The position numbers were made by a program, and so were the translations under genes. The notes beneath the pieces were generated by a model, which was not told where the DNA came from, made no database searches, and saw only the letters and a list, made by a program, of their open reading frames with translations. A stretch of 64,000 nucleotides of DNA from positions 7,492,470-7,556,469 of the forward strand of contig OZ316897.1 of NCBI GenBank assembly GCA_973895155.1, in the 5' to 3' direction. Below are positions 14,582-25,885 of this stretch, piece after piece (position 1 is the stretch's first letter; each line of letters begins with the position of its first letter). Source of the DNA: Marsupella aquatica. Lineage: Eukaryota; Plantae; Marchantiophyta.

Positions 14582-15270
14582 ATTGGATTTGAGGGACGGG
14601 AGGATTAATTTCATGAAAATTTAAGACAAACAAATGAGGCACAATGTATGGTCTAAAATAATATTTTGGCAGTTGGGGGCAGTATGAACTATCAAGGGGC
14701 GCACAGGCGGTGTGTGATAAAGTGATTATTCCTAGAAGGGGTTTAAGTATGAAATTGAGAAATTTCCAAACTTTTCAAACCTTACATAGTGCATTATGGG
14801 GACGGAAAGATCTTTGAGTAACGTCAAGATGGCAAAGACATTGTGGCCAACCCAAATATTAGTGACGTCCCTTGAGTAGGGAGGTCCAGCCTATGACCAA
14901 AGAATGGCTTTTGCTTAAAGCAATATTGGATTTGAGGGACAAGAGTATTTCATGCAAATTTAAGACAAACAAATGAGGCAGAGTGTATGGTCTAAAATAA
15001 TATTTTGGCAGTTTGGGGCATTGTGAACTATCAACTATTGCTAGGGGCAGGAGGTGTGTGATATAGTGGTTATTCCTAGAAGGGGTATAAAGTATTAAAT
15101 TGAGAAATTTTTAAACTTTTCAAACCTTACATGGTGTTTAATGAGGACGGCAATATCTTTGGGTAAAGTCAAGATGACAAAGACATTGTGGTCGGCCCAA
15201 ATATTAGTTATGTTCCTCGAGTAGGGAGGTCCAGCCTATGACCAAAGAACGGACTTAATTCGCTTAAACC
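14582..15270. repeat. ~345-bp tandem duplication (2 copies)
   Basis: ATTGGATTTGAGGGAC...TTTAAGACAAACAAATGAGGCA...GAGTAGGGAGGTCCAGCCTATGACCAAAGAA at ~14582 and ~14925. Confidence 0.85.
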
Positions 15271-16514
15271 AAGGCGGCCAGGACGGCAATAAGGTGAAGT
15301 CCCCTTTGTAAAGACATCTGAGTGGGACGTCCACCATTTCTCAGCATAAACGGCCAAGAGAGACCGGGAGGAGCCAAAAGAGGCTTGGATTTTACCTTGC
15401 ACATATGTAAGCTTCCACAATCCTAGTGGATCAATTGTTTGAGTTTTTCTTGTCTACATTGTATTAAGGCCAAAGTAACCTTGGAAGATTACATGAATAG
15501 ATACAAAAGACTTTTGTTATAGTTTCATTTATCATAGTGAATTGTTGTCCATCCACAAAGAAGGTTGTCAGTTTGTCACCTTGATCAGCTCGCCCAACCA
15601 AAGGGCCCAATGTGTAGGCACAACCACATCAGCTAACAACTATCATGGCTAGCAGAACCCACAACTCAAGAGGTCCACATTACTGATTAACAAAAATAAT
15701 TGAAGAATGAATTTGAGTAGTGCAGATCTATCAAACGAGGATCGTCTTGGTAGTAAGCATGTGTGTTTGTGAGTGGCAAACTAAATGTGGACTTGGTCGT
15801 ATTCTAACTGTTTCAATACTAACTCGTGCTTGTCTTTGAAACCCACTTTGTTTACCCACTTTGGAATGCATTTATATGCATGCCCATTGCATTATTTACC
15901 TTGTGTTAATATTTCAAAACATATAGCTTAGGTGGCTCCAATTCATGCACATTTTTCCCTGAAAAGTGCCTATCTATGGCAAATTACTAGTAAGATGTGC
16001 CCCGGTCAGTCAGAACTGAAGCAACTGCACAACTATTTGGGAGATATATAATATAATAAATGAAGTAGCTGACCGGGTTACAAAAATTACAAATGACTAA
16101 ACATAGCCTAACTTCAGGTTCATGTCAATTATATAGGTCAGATTCATTTCTTCTCTGGCTATGGAAAATTCAAAGACATTCTGATTAATGAACGTAACTA
16201 ATTTAGTAACCTAGGTGTCCCTTGTTCATGACACCCACCTTGGAAAGAAGGCGTGAGTCTCTCAAGTACTAACATGTCTCATCACAAAATTTACCTGCAA
16301 AATAGAAAGTAAGGTAAAATTTGTTAAACAAACAATAAGAGTTCAATCAAAGGCAAGACAAACAAAGAGTCTAATCCATAGCGAATTAACAGACACATGC
16401 AATATACATTAAACCCAAACTAATAAAGATAATACAACTAGCAATTATATCTACTTTAAGATTAAAATAAAATGTAATACGTCATATTTTATAAGTTCCC
16501 TATAAAAACTTACT

Positions 16515-18465
16515 TCATGTGTGGCCAGTTCTATTTCTGATAGTCTGGAGTGTCTGGTCCAAGGTATTCAAAGCCCATGACCTTTCTTCTGGCAAATCAT
16601 TAAAATTTAGTTGTTGATGTACATAGGCTGTCAACCCCATAGTGGCATGAGAACTACTTTCACATTCAAGAGAAAGCAGCAAATGCATTTTGAACTTGTC
16701 CTCCTCCGATAAGACTCCAATCTCATTAGTTTCATATGCAAAATCACGGATATCACGAAGACTCTGCACCCAAAAAAAAGAATTTGGTGAATTGGAAATT
16801 AATGAAAAGAATATGCAACCAAATAAAATACATTTTGCTTCACTTACCTCATCGTCTAAATCTTTAACACCATGTTCAAAGTTTCCATGATCATCATTAT
16901 GATTCCAATAATCAGTGCCAATAGTCTCGATAATATCATCTGCATCTTGAATATCAACTTGACCTTCTTCAGGATATGGTGGAGGTAAAACTATTTTAGA
17001 TTCTCTCTCTCTTGCTTGAAAAGCAAGTTGAGGAATGTGTGATGGCCTGTTCACACCTCGTTCTCGCACCGCTCTCACTGTATGGGCATTCCATGTTAGA
17101 ATGATATCATTTACAGCATTCTGAATGAATGGAAAAAGTACAGTAACAATGGAGTATCTATGCAAGGGATTATCCATTTGCAAAAATCCTTCCTCGTATG
17201 ATAGAGTACGAAATAAGTCCTTATAATGACCCAATCCTTGTTTCTTCAAGAATCCCCAAAATGCTTCGATCCTCTGTAAAAATCACAATGATTGTAAAAA
17301 ATTAGTATGTTCCTTGAAATCCTTTTTTCTTTTATAAGTTAAAGCCACAAAAACCCCGTGGCAGAGGGGAAACAACCAGGCCATCAAAAAGCCAGCTAAA
17401 CAACATGACCCCTGGGAGGGCGGGCAGAAAGCATTAACAACGTACATAGACAACAAATCAGCATCGCGGCCAATGCAACATTGGGCCCCCATAAGTCCCA
17501 TCTAGGCAAAAAATTAGTATGTTAATAAACATATCAAGCAAATAATTTTGATAACATGTAGTTGAGTTTAAGTACTACCTGATTATGAACTGAAGAACCT
17601 TTGCGAAAACAATGAGTATTTGGTCTTGCCCTTTCAAGATTATTTTGGACCAAAATATGCTCAGTCGCATAATCAGAACGAATTAATAAAGGATGACCAA
17701 ATCTTTGAACCGCATTTTTATACCCTTCATAAATAGTCCGAGCTTTCTTATTTAATGCAACATGCATATACATAACATAATCTGTAGCTCCATCGATAGC
17801 TCCATGAATTCTAATTCCATAATTTGCTAATTTGTCATATGTTGCACAAGAAATTAAACAAAATTAGTACATAATTTCATGATCATGAACAAACTATCTG
17901 AATCATATATAGTCAAAAAATGATTGATTCAATCTAAATAAAAGGATATAAATACTTGAATTTTACTCACAGTCCATATGCCAAATATGCATTGCTTCGG
18001 TGACATCGTAAACCCGACGTATTAGACATCCGCGTGCTCTTGATGCAAGTAATCCTCGAACTAAAACATCCAAGGCATCACGTACAAGCGTTCTTGGAAC
18101 TTTGTATCCAGCTCTTTGTAATCATGCCTTTATCATTCTTATTCCCCAATCTTTTGCATATCCCAATATGGGAATAAACTCTAGAATCAATTGCCGAACC
18201 TCCTCAAGCGTATATGTTGGATACATTTTCTCTCCATTATTAAATACTTTCAACCATCGCCATAAGGTAATTCAATCTATTCCAAGTGCTAATGCACATT
18301 CCTTCATAGTGTAACCGATGTGAAGTGCTGCCATCACATCTTCACACATTGAATTGATGTTTGTTGCATCCATATATTTCCCAAATATTCTCCAAAACTC
18401 CAATGAACTAAATACTTTATTTTGCCAGTGTATAATTCCACCTTTTTTAGAACAATTAGAGAACT
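16515..18465 (-). pseudogene. IS3/IS481-like (IS3EU-type) DDE integrase-core transposase, multi-exon, disrupted
   Basis: Spliced reconstruction: HTH (ECALALGID*ITLWRWL), WGIRMIKA*LQRAGYKVPRTLVRDAL, RRVYDVTEAMHIWHMD|SYDKLANYGIRIHGAIDGATDY...LIRSDYATEH...GSSVHNQ|RIEAFWGFL...LTWNAHTVR. Putative DDE residues are in WHMD, RSD and RIE. Introns at ~17842-17970 (acceptor AG mutated to AA) and ~17274-17579. Two in-frame TGA stops. Confidence 0.8.
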
Positions 18466-18992
18466 CTGTCAGAAAAACAAAGGTCACAAGACAAGAAAAC
18501 AAGGCTAGTTAGAAAATGTACACTAAGTTGCCATTGCACATACAATAAAGTAGGAATATTTTTAGCAAAAAATACCCTGGATTTACAAAGGGATTTGAAA
18601 ACTATGGAGGGCTCTTTGGTATATTCAATGCCCCAATTTAAGCTCTTGAGAGCATCTATTACAAAAATAAGCAAAGATACAAATGGGCAAACAAAATCAA
18701 TATATAACATTAAAAATTATGCTCATTATCATGACTATGAATCATGTTTATGCATTTTCATTTGAAAATGTGTAGGCACTACCTAGCTTCTCATTAATTG
18801 CAATCCCAACTATGTATACCGGTTCTATAGGGGAACATCTGTACGAGGTGGCGTGCATATCTTTTCCACGAAGAAAGAAAATATCCCCATCTAATATTGG
18901 AATCTTTATTCCATACTCAATAACAACTAGATGTCCACCTCGTTCCTCCATTGAGGGATTTGATGCCATGAACATAGTGTATTTACTACAAT

Positions 18993-21900
18993 AACAAGAA
19001 GCCTTAAAGGGTGAGTAACAAGCCCAAACTCTAAGCACTCTCGTAAAAAAATTGTAGAAACAAAGAAAATGGCAAAAAAGTGGCCAAAAATACTACCTGT
19101 TTTTTGACAAAATTATAAAACAAACTGAAAGTATTAAAATGACACACTTTTTTCACCATCTCCTAATTACAAAATGATCTCAACTTACTTTTGATAAAAT
19201 TACTACCTATAATTTTACTATGCCATTTTAGCAATTTTTACCAAAACATGATTTGTATTTTTAACAAATGATCAAATTACCTCCATAATTTATTAGACTT
19301 GGGAAATTTTCAAATTCATAAAATATGATCTCTTTTTGACTCTCCAACATGCGCCCCTTCACTCTTTGAGGAAGACTTTTCAATGGAAGATGATATCTCC
19401 ACAAATTCACCACCTACGCTTCCAGATGTACCCGTTCTGATCCAAATCAGATCACTCAATGGCTCCTCTTTTACTCTCAACCTGGCTCTCAACATGCCTG
19501 AGTTTGATTTGTTAGGCAACATCTGAATTTCACAAACATATTGACCCAACTGGGCTCCCCCAACCTCTTCTTGGGGACCTCTTCCAAATTCTTATTCTTC
19601 CCCTTCAAGTTAATTTCTTGATATTGATTGGCTTCCAATCTCAGCCAAATGATGCAAGTGTGCCCGGGTGACCTTCTTGTGATGATCCTTTCCTTGCCGG
19701 AATTATTTGCAGCCTCAGTAGGTCTTCTTGTGTCCCCGCTTGTGTCAGCGCTCTTACACCTTCCTGGAATTTGAGAGATGTCAGACGACCATATTCACTC
19801 TCTCCCCTTGGTGCTTGTTGCAACGCTTGACCTTTCCAAAATGCACAACAATCTGGTTTTGAGACAGGACTTAGTGTTTTTAGAAACTTGTTACAATCGG
19901 TCTTCATGAATTCATGAGTCCGCTTTCTCAACTGTCCACTATCTTGAAGACCCTTGAGTCGGACACCCAAATTAACACTAGTCTCAACCACATGGGATAG
20001 AACTTAACGCCCGGGGAGGCTAGTGCTCTCAAATGAGTGAGAAGAACTTAATGTAGACAAAACACACAAAAGAGCAAAAACCCTTTAACTTGAAACAAAT
20101 GAAATAACATGTTTTCATGAATAGAGGACGCCTATTTGAACTTAATTGGTCCTTTGTCTAATTTAAATGAATAAGAAATGCTTAAATCATTTTTCAATAA
20201 TTAAGCCAATCCTTTCATGACATAGATGAACAAGTCAAGGAAAAAGTTGAAAAAATTATATTTCCAAAAGTTTTTTATGACACAACACTTTATTAATTAG
20301 TCTTCTTGGCTACTAGGTGGTATCCTAGTCCTTTGACTTTTTGGCTTGTTGGGCAACTTAGGGCTTCTTTGGGCCTTTTCCTTTCCCCATACCTCCCTTT
20401 ACTAGATTGCTCAATTATTAATCTCACAATATTGTTTGGACTACGCAATCCAGTTTACTTGGAGATATAAATCATTTTTAGGTTTGCATTCCCACGTTTC
20501 ATGAGGATAAACATTGGCATTAAAAACCCATATGTTTTTGCCCACCAGTAAAAACCCATATGTTTTTGCCCACCAGTAAAAACCCATATGTTTTTGCCCA
20601 CCAAGATACGTACTTCCATGACTCATGATTGGAGAGTTTGTCTTGTTGACCTACTGTTTCCATATGCTTTTTGGAATATTGGCATTTGGAGCACTTTTTG
20701 CTTTTATTTCACCATATTTTTTGCATTTCTTGAGATTGAGTGGTTTGTCTTTATCCCCTTTTCTTTCACTTTTGAAGTCTTTCTTTTTGGCTATTCTGGA
20801 GATTCTCTCCCTAAGATACCTTATTCTCTTTCATGAATTCATGAAGGGGCTACCACCTGGGAAACTGAGAAACCAAAAGCTTCATGAATTCATGAACCCC
20901 AAAACTGGTTGTGACAAAATACAAAGGGCAAAGACTCTGTTGCAGGCTCAATGACCTACAAAGGGCTAGGGTAGCCAATTGGCTATGGCAAAGGAGGCTG
21001 CGGCCTGGAGAGGGCTATTGCCCCTCACTTAAGCTCAAGTCGCATCAAGGTGCTGTCATCAGCTGCCGATTGAGGTCAGGCCTAATTTATGGTCTGGGAA
21101 CGACTGCTAATCTCTGCTGTCGCCTTCAAAATCCTGAAGCTGAAATTTTGAATTCCTGGTTTGATGTTGATGCTTTGATTGCTGGATTTCACCTGAGTGT
21201 TGGACTTTGATTTCTCAGATTTGGTTATTGAATGAGCTTCTACTGTGATTGACTGCTGCTTGAATTAGCTGTGGTAGACTCTGATTAAATGAGACAGATT
21301 CCAATTAGGGGAGATAGCCACAAAGGATCAGGGATAATTTGTGAAAAATTGAGCTTGAGAGCTAGATCTCAATCGAGCAGACCTAAGGATTGAAGGGGGA
21401 GCGAGTGGAGGATGGGAGAGGGAGCAAGGGAGATTGGAATGGGATTGATAAGGATTGGAAGGGGATTGGAAGGGGATTGGAAGGGGATTGGAAGGGGGGC
21501 CATTTAGGGATTGGAGGAGGGTGGACAATCGACCGTCAGGGGAACGATCAACCATCAGAGGGGGATGGAGCACCGGAGGAGGGCAGTCGAGCATCAAGGG
21601 GATGATCAAACATTGGAGGGGGAGCGGTAAAAGATCGGGGGGGGGAGGGTTTAGGATTGGGGAAGGGTTTCACTAATCAGGGACCGGGGGAGGGCCGATC
21701 GGGAATCAAGATTGATCCAGGGAGGATTAAGGGTTGACCAGGCCTGGTCTGGGTCAAAAATGAGTCCAAGGTGGATGGATTGGGAGCAGAAGCAAAGAGA
21801 ACTATCGAGCTTGGGGGAACTAACTGGAGGGAGCTAGGAGGATCAGGTAGCTTCTTTCAGGTGAGAACCCGGCTTCATGATTTCATGAAGCCAGGTGGCT

Positions 21901-22398
21901 GCCCAAATCAAACTCGATGTACATTTCAATATTGGTATGGATCAAGAGAGTGGGGAGGACGTGAAGCGCACCAGAGTAGAGGGTGCAACAGAAGATGTAA
22001 CTATTGAGCTAGCTCGGATTGAAGCAAGGATCTTCTAGAAGTGGAGAGGAGGTTAGAGAAGCCTTAGATTAGTTGAGTTGCATTGTATTTAGAGATTTAG
22101 TGGACTTAGATGCACACCTACAATGGATAGTGGCATTCTAATTAAGATTTTGAGTTTGCACAAACTCAGATCAAAGACCGTAAATTTTATGTTTGTAATT
22201 AAGTATGGATTTGTTGTTTTTGGTAATTGTGAAAATGATGTTGAAAATATCCCAAGATTTTCATTGAAAGAATTATAATAGCAAAGTTCACAAAACATGT
22301 TTCATTTTTATATGTTTTTTTAAAGCACTTTTGGAAAAATCATGAAAATCTTGAAAAAGGAATTCGGGCCTTGGACTCATCCCTTAAGGCTCCATGTT
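18993..22398. mobile_element. non-autonomous TIR DNA transposon, 3406 bp, 4-bp TSD CAAT
   Basis: Imperfect ~39-bp TIRs: AACAAGAAGCCTTAAAGGGTGAGT... and (reverse complement) AACATGGAGCCTTAAGGGATGAGT.... CAAT at 18989-18992 and 22399-22402. Excision restores the TET reading frame. No recognisable transposase inside. Confidence 0.8.
20522..20603. repeat. ~28-bp tandem repeat x3 (AAAAACCCATATGTTTTTGCCCACCAGT)
   Basis: Read directly; the unit has an AAAAAC..ATAT..GTTTTT hairpin core. Confidence 0.85.
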
Positions 22399-24412
22399 CA
22401 ATCATGATCATTATGAACTATATTACAGTAGTTCTTTGTAAGAAATAGAGGATATGCTGGTACAACATGTTTCACAACATCGGGCCTGGAAAAGTATTGA
22501 CGTAATTCTTTGCTTAGATCCATGAAAGGATCTTTGCAATGCAAAAATTCCCTCACTACCGGCCAAAAATAATCACAAAATAATAGGAAAATAATTTCAA
22601 ATAAGATTCGATGGGAGCATTGCTCATGAATTAACTCCAATTGCAATGCACTAATCGGAGTTGTATCAACAATCTTTAACTTATCCCTGTAGTAACTCAC
22701 AAAATGTGCTCCTTTTCCTTCTCTCCAATTCACAAGTGGCCCCACAACTCGCATTGTTTCAATCAATGCTGATCTCGAATCAGCTCTACGAACAGTCCAT
22801 TTGTGATTGTAGGCATCAATTATTGAATGCCTTAGAAATGGTCGATCGCCCTCTGGAACAACTCCTTTCATTCTCCCCCCTATTATTTCATTGGTAGACC
22901 TATCTTTCCAGATTTCAATAGATGACAAGGGATCCATAACATAAAAGTTACTTGGTATCACCTTCCATACAATATGTCGTTCTGTTTTGGGTGGGCTAAA
23001 TCCTCTCTCAATCAAGAAAGCATTTTTATGTTTCACAAGAAACTTAGGGCTTCTCTTCGCAAATGTCTTTACTGGGATTTTATGTTCTTCAAATTTTTCA
23101 AAATGATCTGCCTTCCAATTTATATATAAAATTGGATCTTTACAAAACTTTCGGACCCTGGTGGCAATCTCATTCCCAAGCGAAGATAGATTGTACCGGA
23201 AAGTGATCAAGTGGACTATTGTTTTCCACTGATTGGCAGTAAAATACTCAGACCAACGACTGGTTTTCCCCAAGAAGTGAAAACCAGAATAAAATTTTGA
23301 TAACTCTTCCTTCATTTTCCCACCGGAAAAGATGTGCACACCATATTCAAAGAGTAACCAATCACCGAGCAACCATTTCAGTAAAAACTGAATATGTAAT
23401 TTTCCCAACTGAGATGTAAGAGTGATGAGCTCACAGAAATAAATAGCAGCCTTAGGAAGAGGTTGGATTTTGATGATCATTAAATTGAATCTGCACAAAT
23501 AAGATTATTGATCAACATAAAGTGATAAAGAACTTTTACTAATTTAGTATAGTTTACTAGTTAATCAATATTTTGCTTGACATCTTGGACCATAGTGATT
23601 TCAAATCGAATTTGAAGCATATCAACGCCAGGCACTGAGGATTCCAACAAAAATAATCTGAAAGTTTCACCCCCCCCGGAATATCAATTCTTCTTGATTT
23701 TACTCACAAAACTATGGTCTCCAAAATATAGCAATATAATGATGATAATTAATATCTTATAATAGATTGTATATTATTGGCAACAAGTTAAGATTCTTAC
23801 CATTTCATCAGATTTGGGAGAAGTTTGCCTTTTCTTTCCCCTTCTTTCATTTACTTTTGCATCATTGTTACTCAATTTTAAGCCTTTCATCGAATCTGCA
23901 ATGAATGACAATCTATCATGAATATCAACTTTTTCATATAATTGTTCAAACAAAAAATAACACTAACCATTCGCATATCAATCACAGGTACTTATTTGAC
24001 ACATAGAATTACTTTCTATAGCCTAATCTTTAGGTATGTCTATTTCTTGACATAATTATTTTGGATATTGTTTGTATTAACGTATTCCAAACTCCATCAA
24101 CAAATACAAAATTGAAGTATGCAAATTGCATGCATGCAACAATAGATGAGGCAAAAAGAGAAATGATCACCTCGTCACCACAAATTAGCCAGTTTTCCAA
24201 ATCTAAAGTTGTCTTCAAAATTGATATCTCTGCACTTTCCAAAAAATATATCAAGCTTAAGGTCCCATTGGCCATAATACAAAATCTAGTGGATCCAAGT
24301 TACTATGAGTCCTCCAAAATATTCTCAATAAAATTTAAAATTTTTCACTCTTTTGTCCTTTCCTAATTTGATGCCCTATGGTGTTTTAGTCAAAGAGTCT
24401 ATTGGATAAACT

Positions 24413-25099
24413 TTAGAGCCAAGAAATATGATCATGAACAGGGGTCTGCAAAGTGGGATCAATGGGATGGAGATGACAATAGAAGAACCATCTGTCAACT
24501 CCATGGGCACTATGATCATATATCTTTCGATCACAAGCATATCCTTCTGCCTGACATTCCTTCAAACAGTAAAAATGCCACATTGTGGGGCATCGAATGC
24601 AATGGACAGTATCTGTCCAATTGAGGTCATCATGTTCACCACATGCCTTGCATGTATGTAACGGGCAGATAGGGGTGTGTGATGGCAGACACGCACCGCA
24701 AAAAAACCTTACACAAAATCTATCTGAACATTTTCGAACATATTGTGGAGAGTCAAGAGAACCCTCCAAATTCCCCAACTTTCCACATTGGGCACACTTT
24801 GCATGTTTATGTATGCAGTCTTTGCACTTCCACTTCCCATGTTGGCCAGAAGGTGGGGGAAGGCCGACCCCTGGACAATTATTCTCTGCTGCATGCAGAG
24901 ATTGTGCATTGAGATGAAAGTGCTTCAAGCATGGTCCGTCACAAATGACTAACTCTCCACCATCATCACAAATGGCACAACAATGGGCTGCTTTTTGGTA
25001 GATTTGTTCGCGTGAAAACTTCAAAACATGTGGTCCAAACACAGCTGAATGTCTCACCTCGCCCTTATCTTTTCTACATGGTTGTTTAGGACGAGCCAT
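24413..25099 (-). CDS. EDM2-like tandem PHD/Cys-His finger protein, 228 aa, intact
   Basis: CAICDDGGELVICDGPCLKHFH...WKCKDC...CAQCGKLG...VRKCSDRFC...CPLHTCKAC...CIRCPTMWHFYCL...YCHLHPIDPTLQTPVHDHI is collinear with the PHD region of Arabidopsis EDM2 as recalled (CAICDNGG...CPLHKC...CRRCPKSYH...YCxxHEIDxxLxTPVRDH). A splice acceptor TGCAG sits 2 nt before the ATG. Confidence 0.85.
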   Translation of the reverse strand: MARPKQPCRKDKGEVRHSAVFGPHVLKFSREQIYQKAAHCCAICDDGGELVICDGPCLKHFHLNAQSLHAAENNCPGVGLPPPSGQHGKWKCKDCIHKHAKCAQCGKLGNLEGSLDSPQYVRKCSDRFCVRFFCGACLPSHTPICPLHTCKACGEHDDLNWTDTVHCIRCPTMWHFYCLKECQAEGYACDRKIYDHSAHGVDRWFFYCHLHPIDPTLQTPVHDHISWL

Positions 25100-25219
25100 G
25101 CCTGCACATCCATAAACAAAATGAATTGTTAGAAATCATAAAAAGTTGGGATAAACTCAGAACTAACAAACCATCAAAAATACACAATAATACTACTATC
25201 ACTAGTACATTTTTGCTCA

Positions 25220-25625
25220 TTTTCCGATGCTCCCGCTGAAACATGAAACAGGCGTCCGATAGCCAGAGTTACGCAAACTTTTGTTCACAAAAATATCGGA
25301 ACTTGCGATCCCCACAGCTTCGGAAACACAGTATCCGATTTCCAAAACATCGGACATAATTTGCGATACTCCTAATATCGGAACATATCCGATGTCTTGA
25401 CTATCGGACCCCTCTTCTAAAAATTGTTACTAAATTTCCGATCCCTGAAGTATCGCATTTGATGTCCGATTGAGTAAATTACGGAAATATTGCGATCGAA
25501 AATGTATTGCTTAGTGCTTCCGATAGGTTGGGTATCGGAAATGTTTTCCGAAGTAGTGTGTATCACAAATAAGTCCGATGCTACAAGAATCGGAAATGGA
25601 GTCCGAAAGGGTTTATATCGGATAT
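25220..25625. repeat. CACTA left subterminal motif cluster (ATCGGA/TCCGAT, both orientations)
   Basis: Many TCCGA/TCGGA copies; mirrored at 34365-34860. Confidence 0.75.
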
Positions 25626-25885
25626 ATGTAGTTCGAGGTCAAGATTTGAACAAGGATGGGCTTCCGTTGTTTTAAGCATGGGAAATGGTATCAGGAATAA
25701 ATGGACGTGACTCAAATGCATATATTACTTAGGGATTGCAATTTGGATTGTGTCAAGGGACTATATACAGTTGTATCCAAAATTATATCCAACCAATGAA
25801 TCTTTGGGCATGTGTGAAATGACATGACAAAATGTATATGATATCCATGAAGATAAAACATATAGGGGTTTTACCTAGGTCGCAT

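Larger units (their letters stand above)
18748..23498 (-). pseudogene. TET/JBP-family Fe(II) dioxygenase split by a 3.4-kb insertion (coding 23498-22399 joined to 18988-18748)
   Basis: Removing 18993-22398 and one CAAT TSD gives in frame ...WTVRRADSRSALIETMRVVG...LFLTKNYCNIVHNDHDCSKYTMFMASNPSMEERGGHLVVIEYGIKIPILDGDIFFLRGKDMHATSY...VYIVGIAINEKL. This has the HxD...H metal triad, the GGxL strand, a GD turn and the VRR..M..G motif seen in fungal/algal TET/JBP. Probable extra upstream exons at ~23800-24380. Confidence 0.75.

Noticed and set aside
15975-15995. TATGG as the left IS3EU-type terminus of the PHD-TET element
   Set aside because: No matching inverted copy or TSD found at the other end, so boundaries are left undefined.
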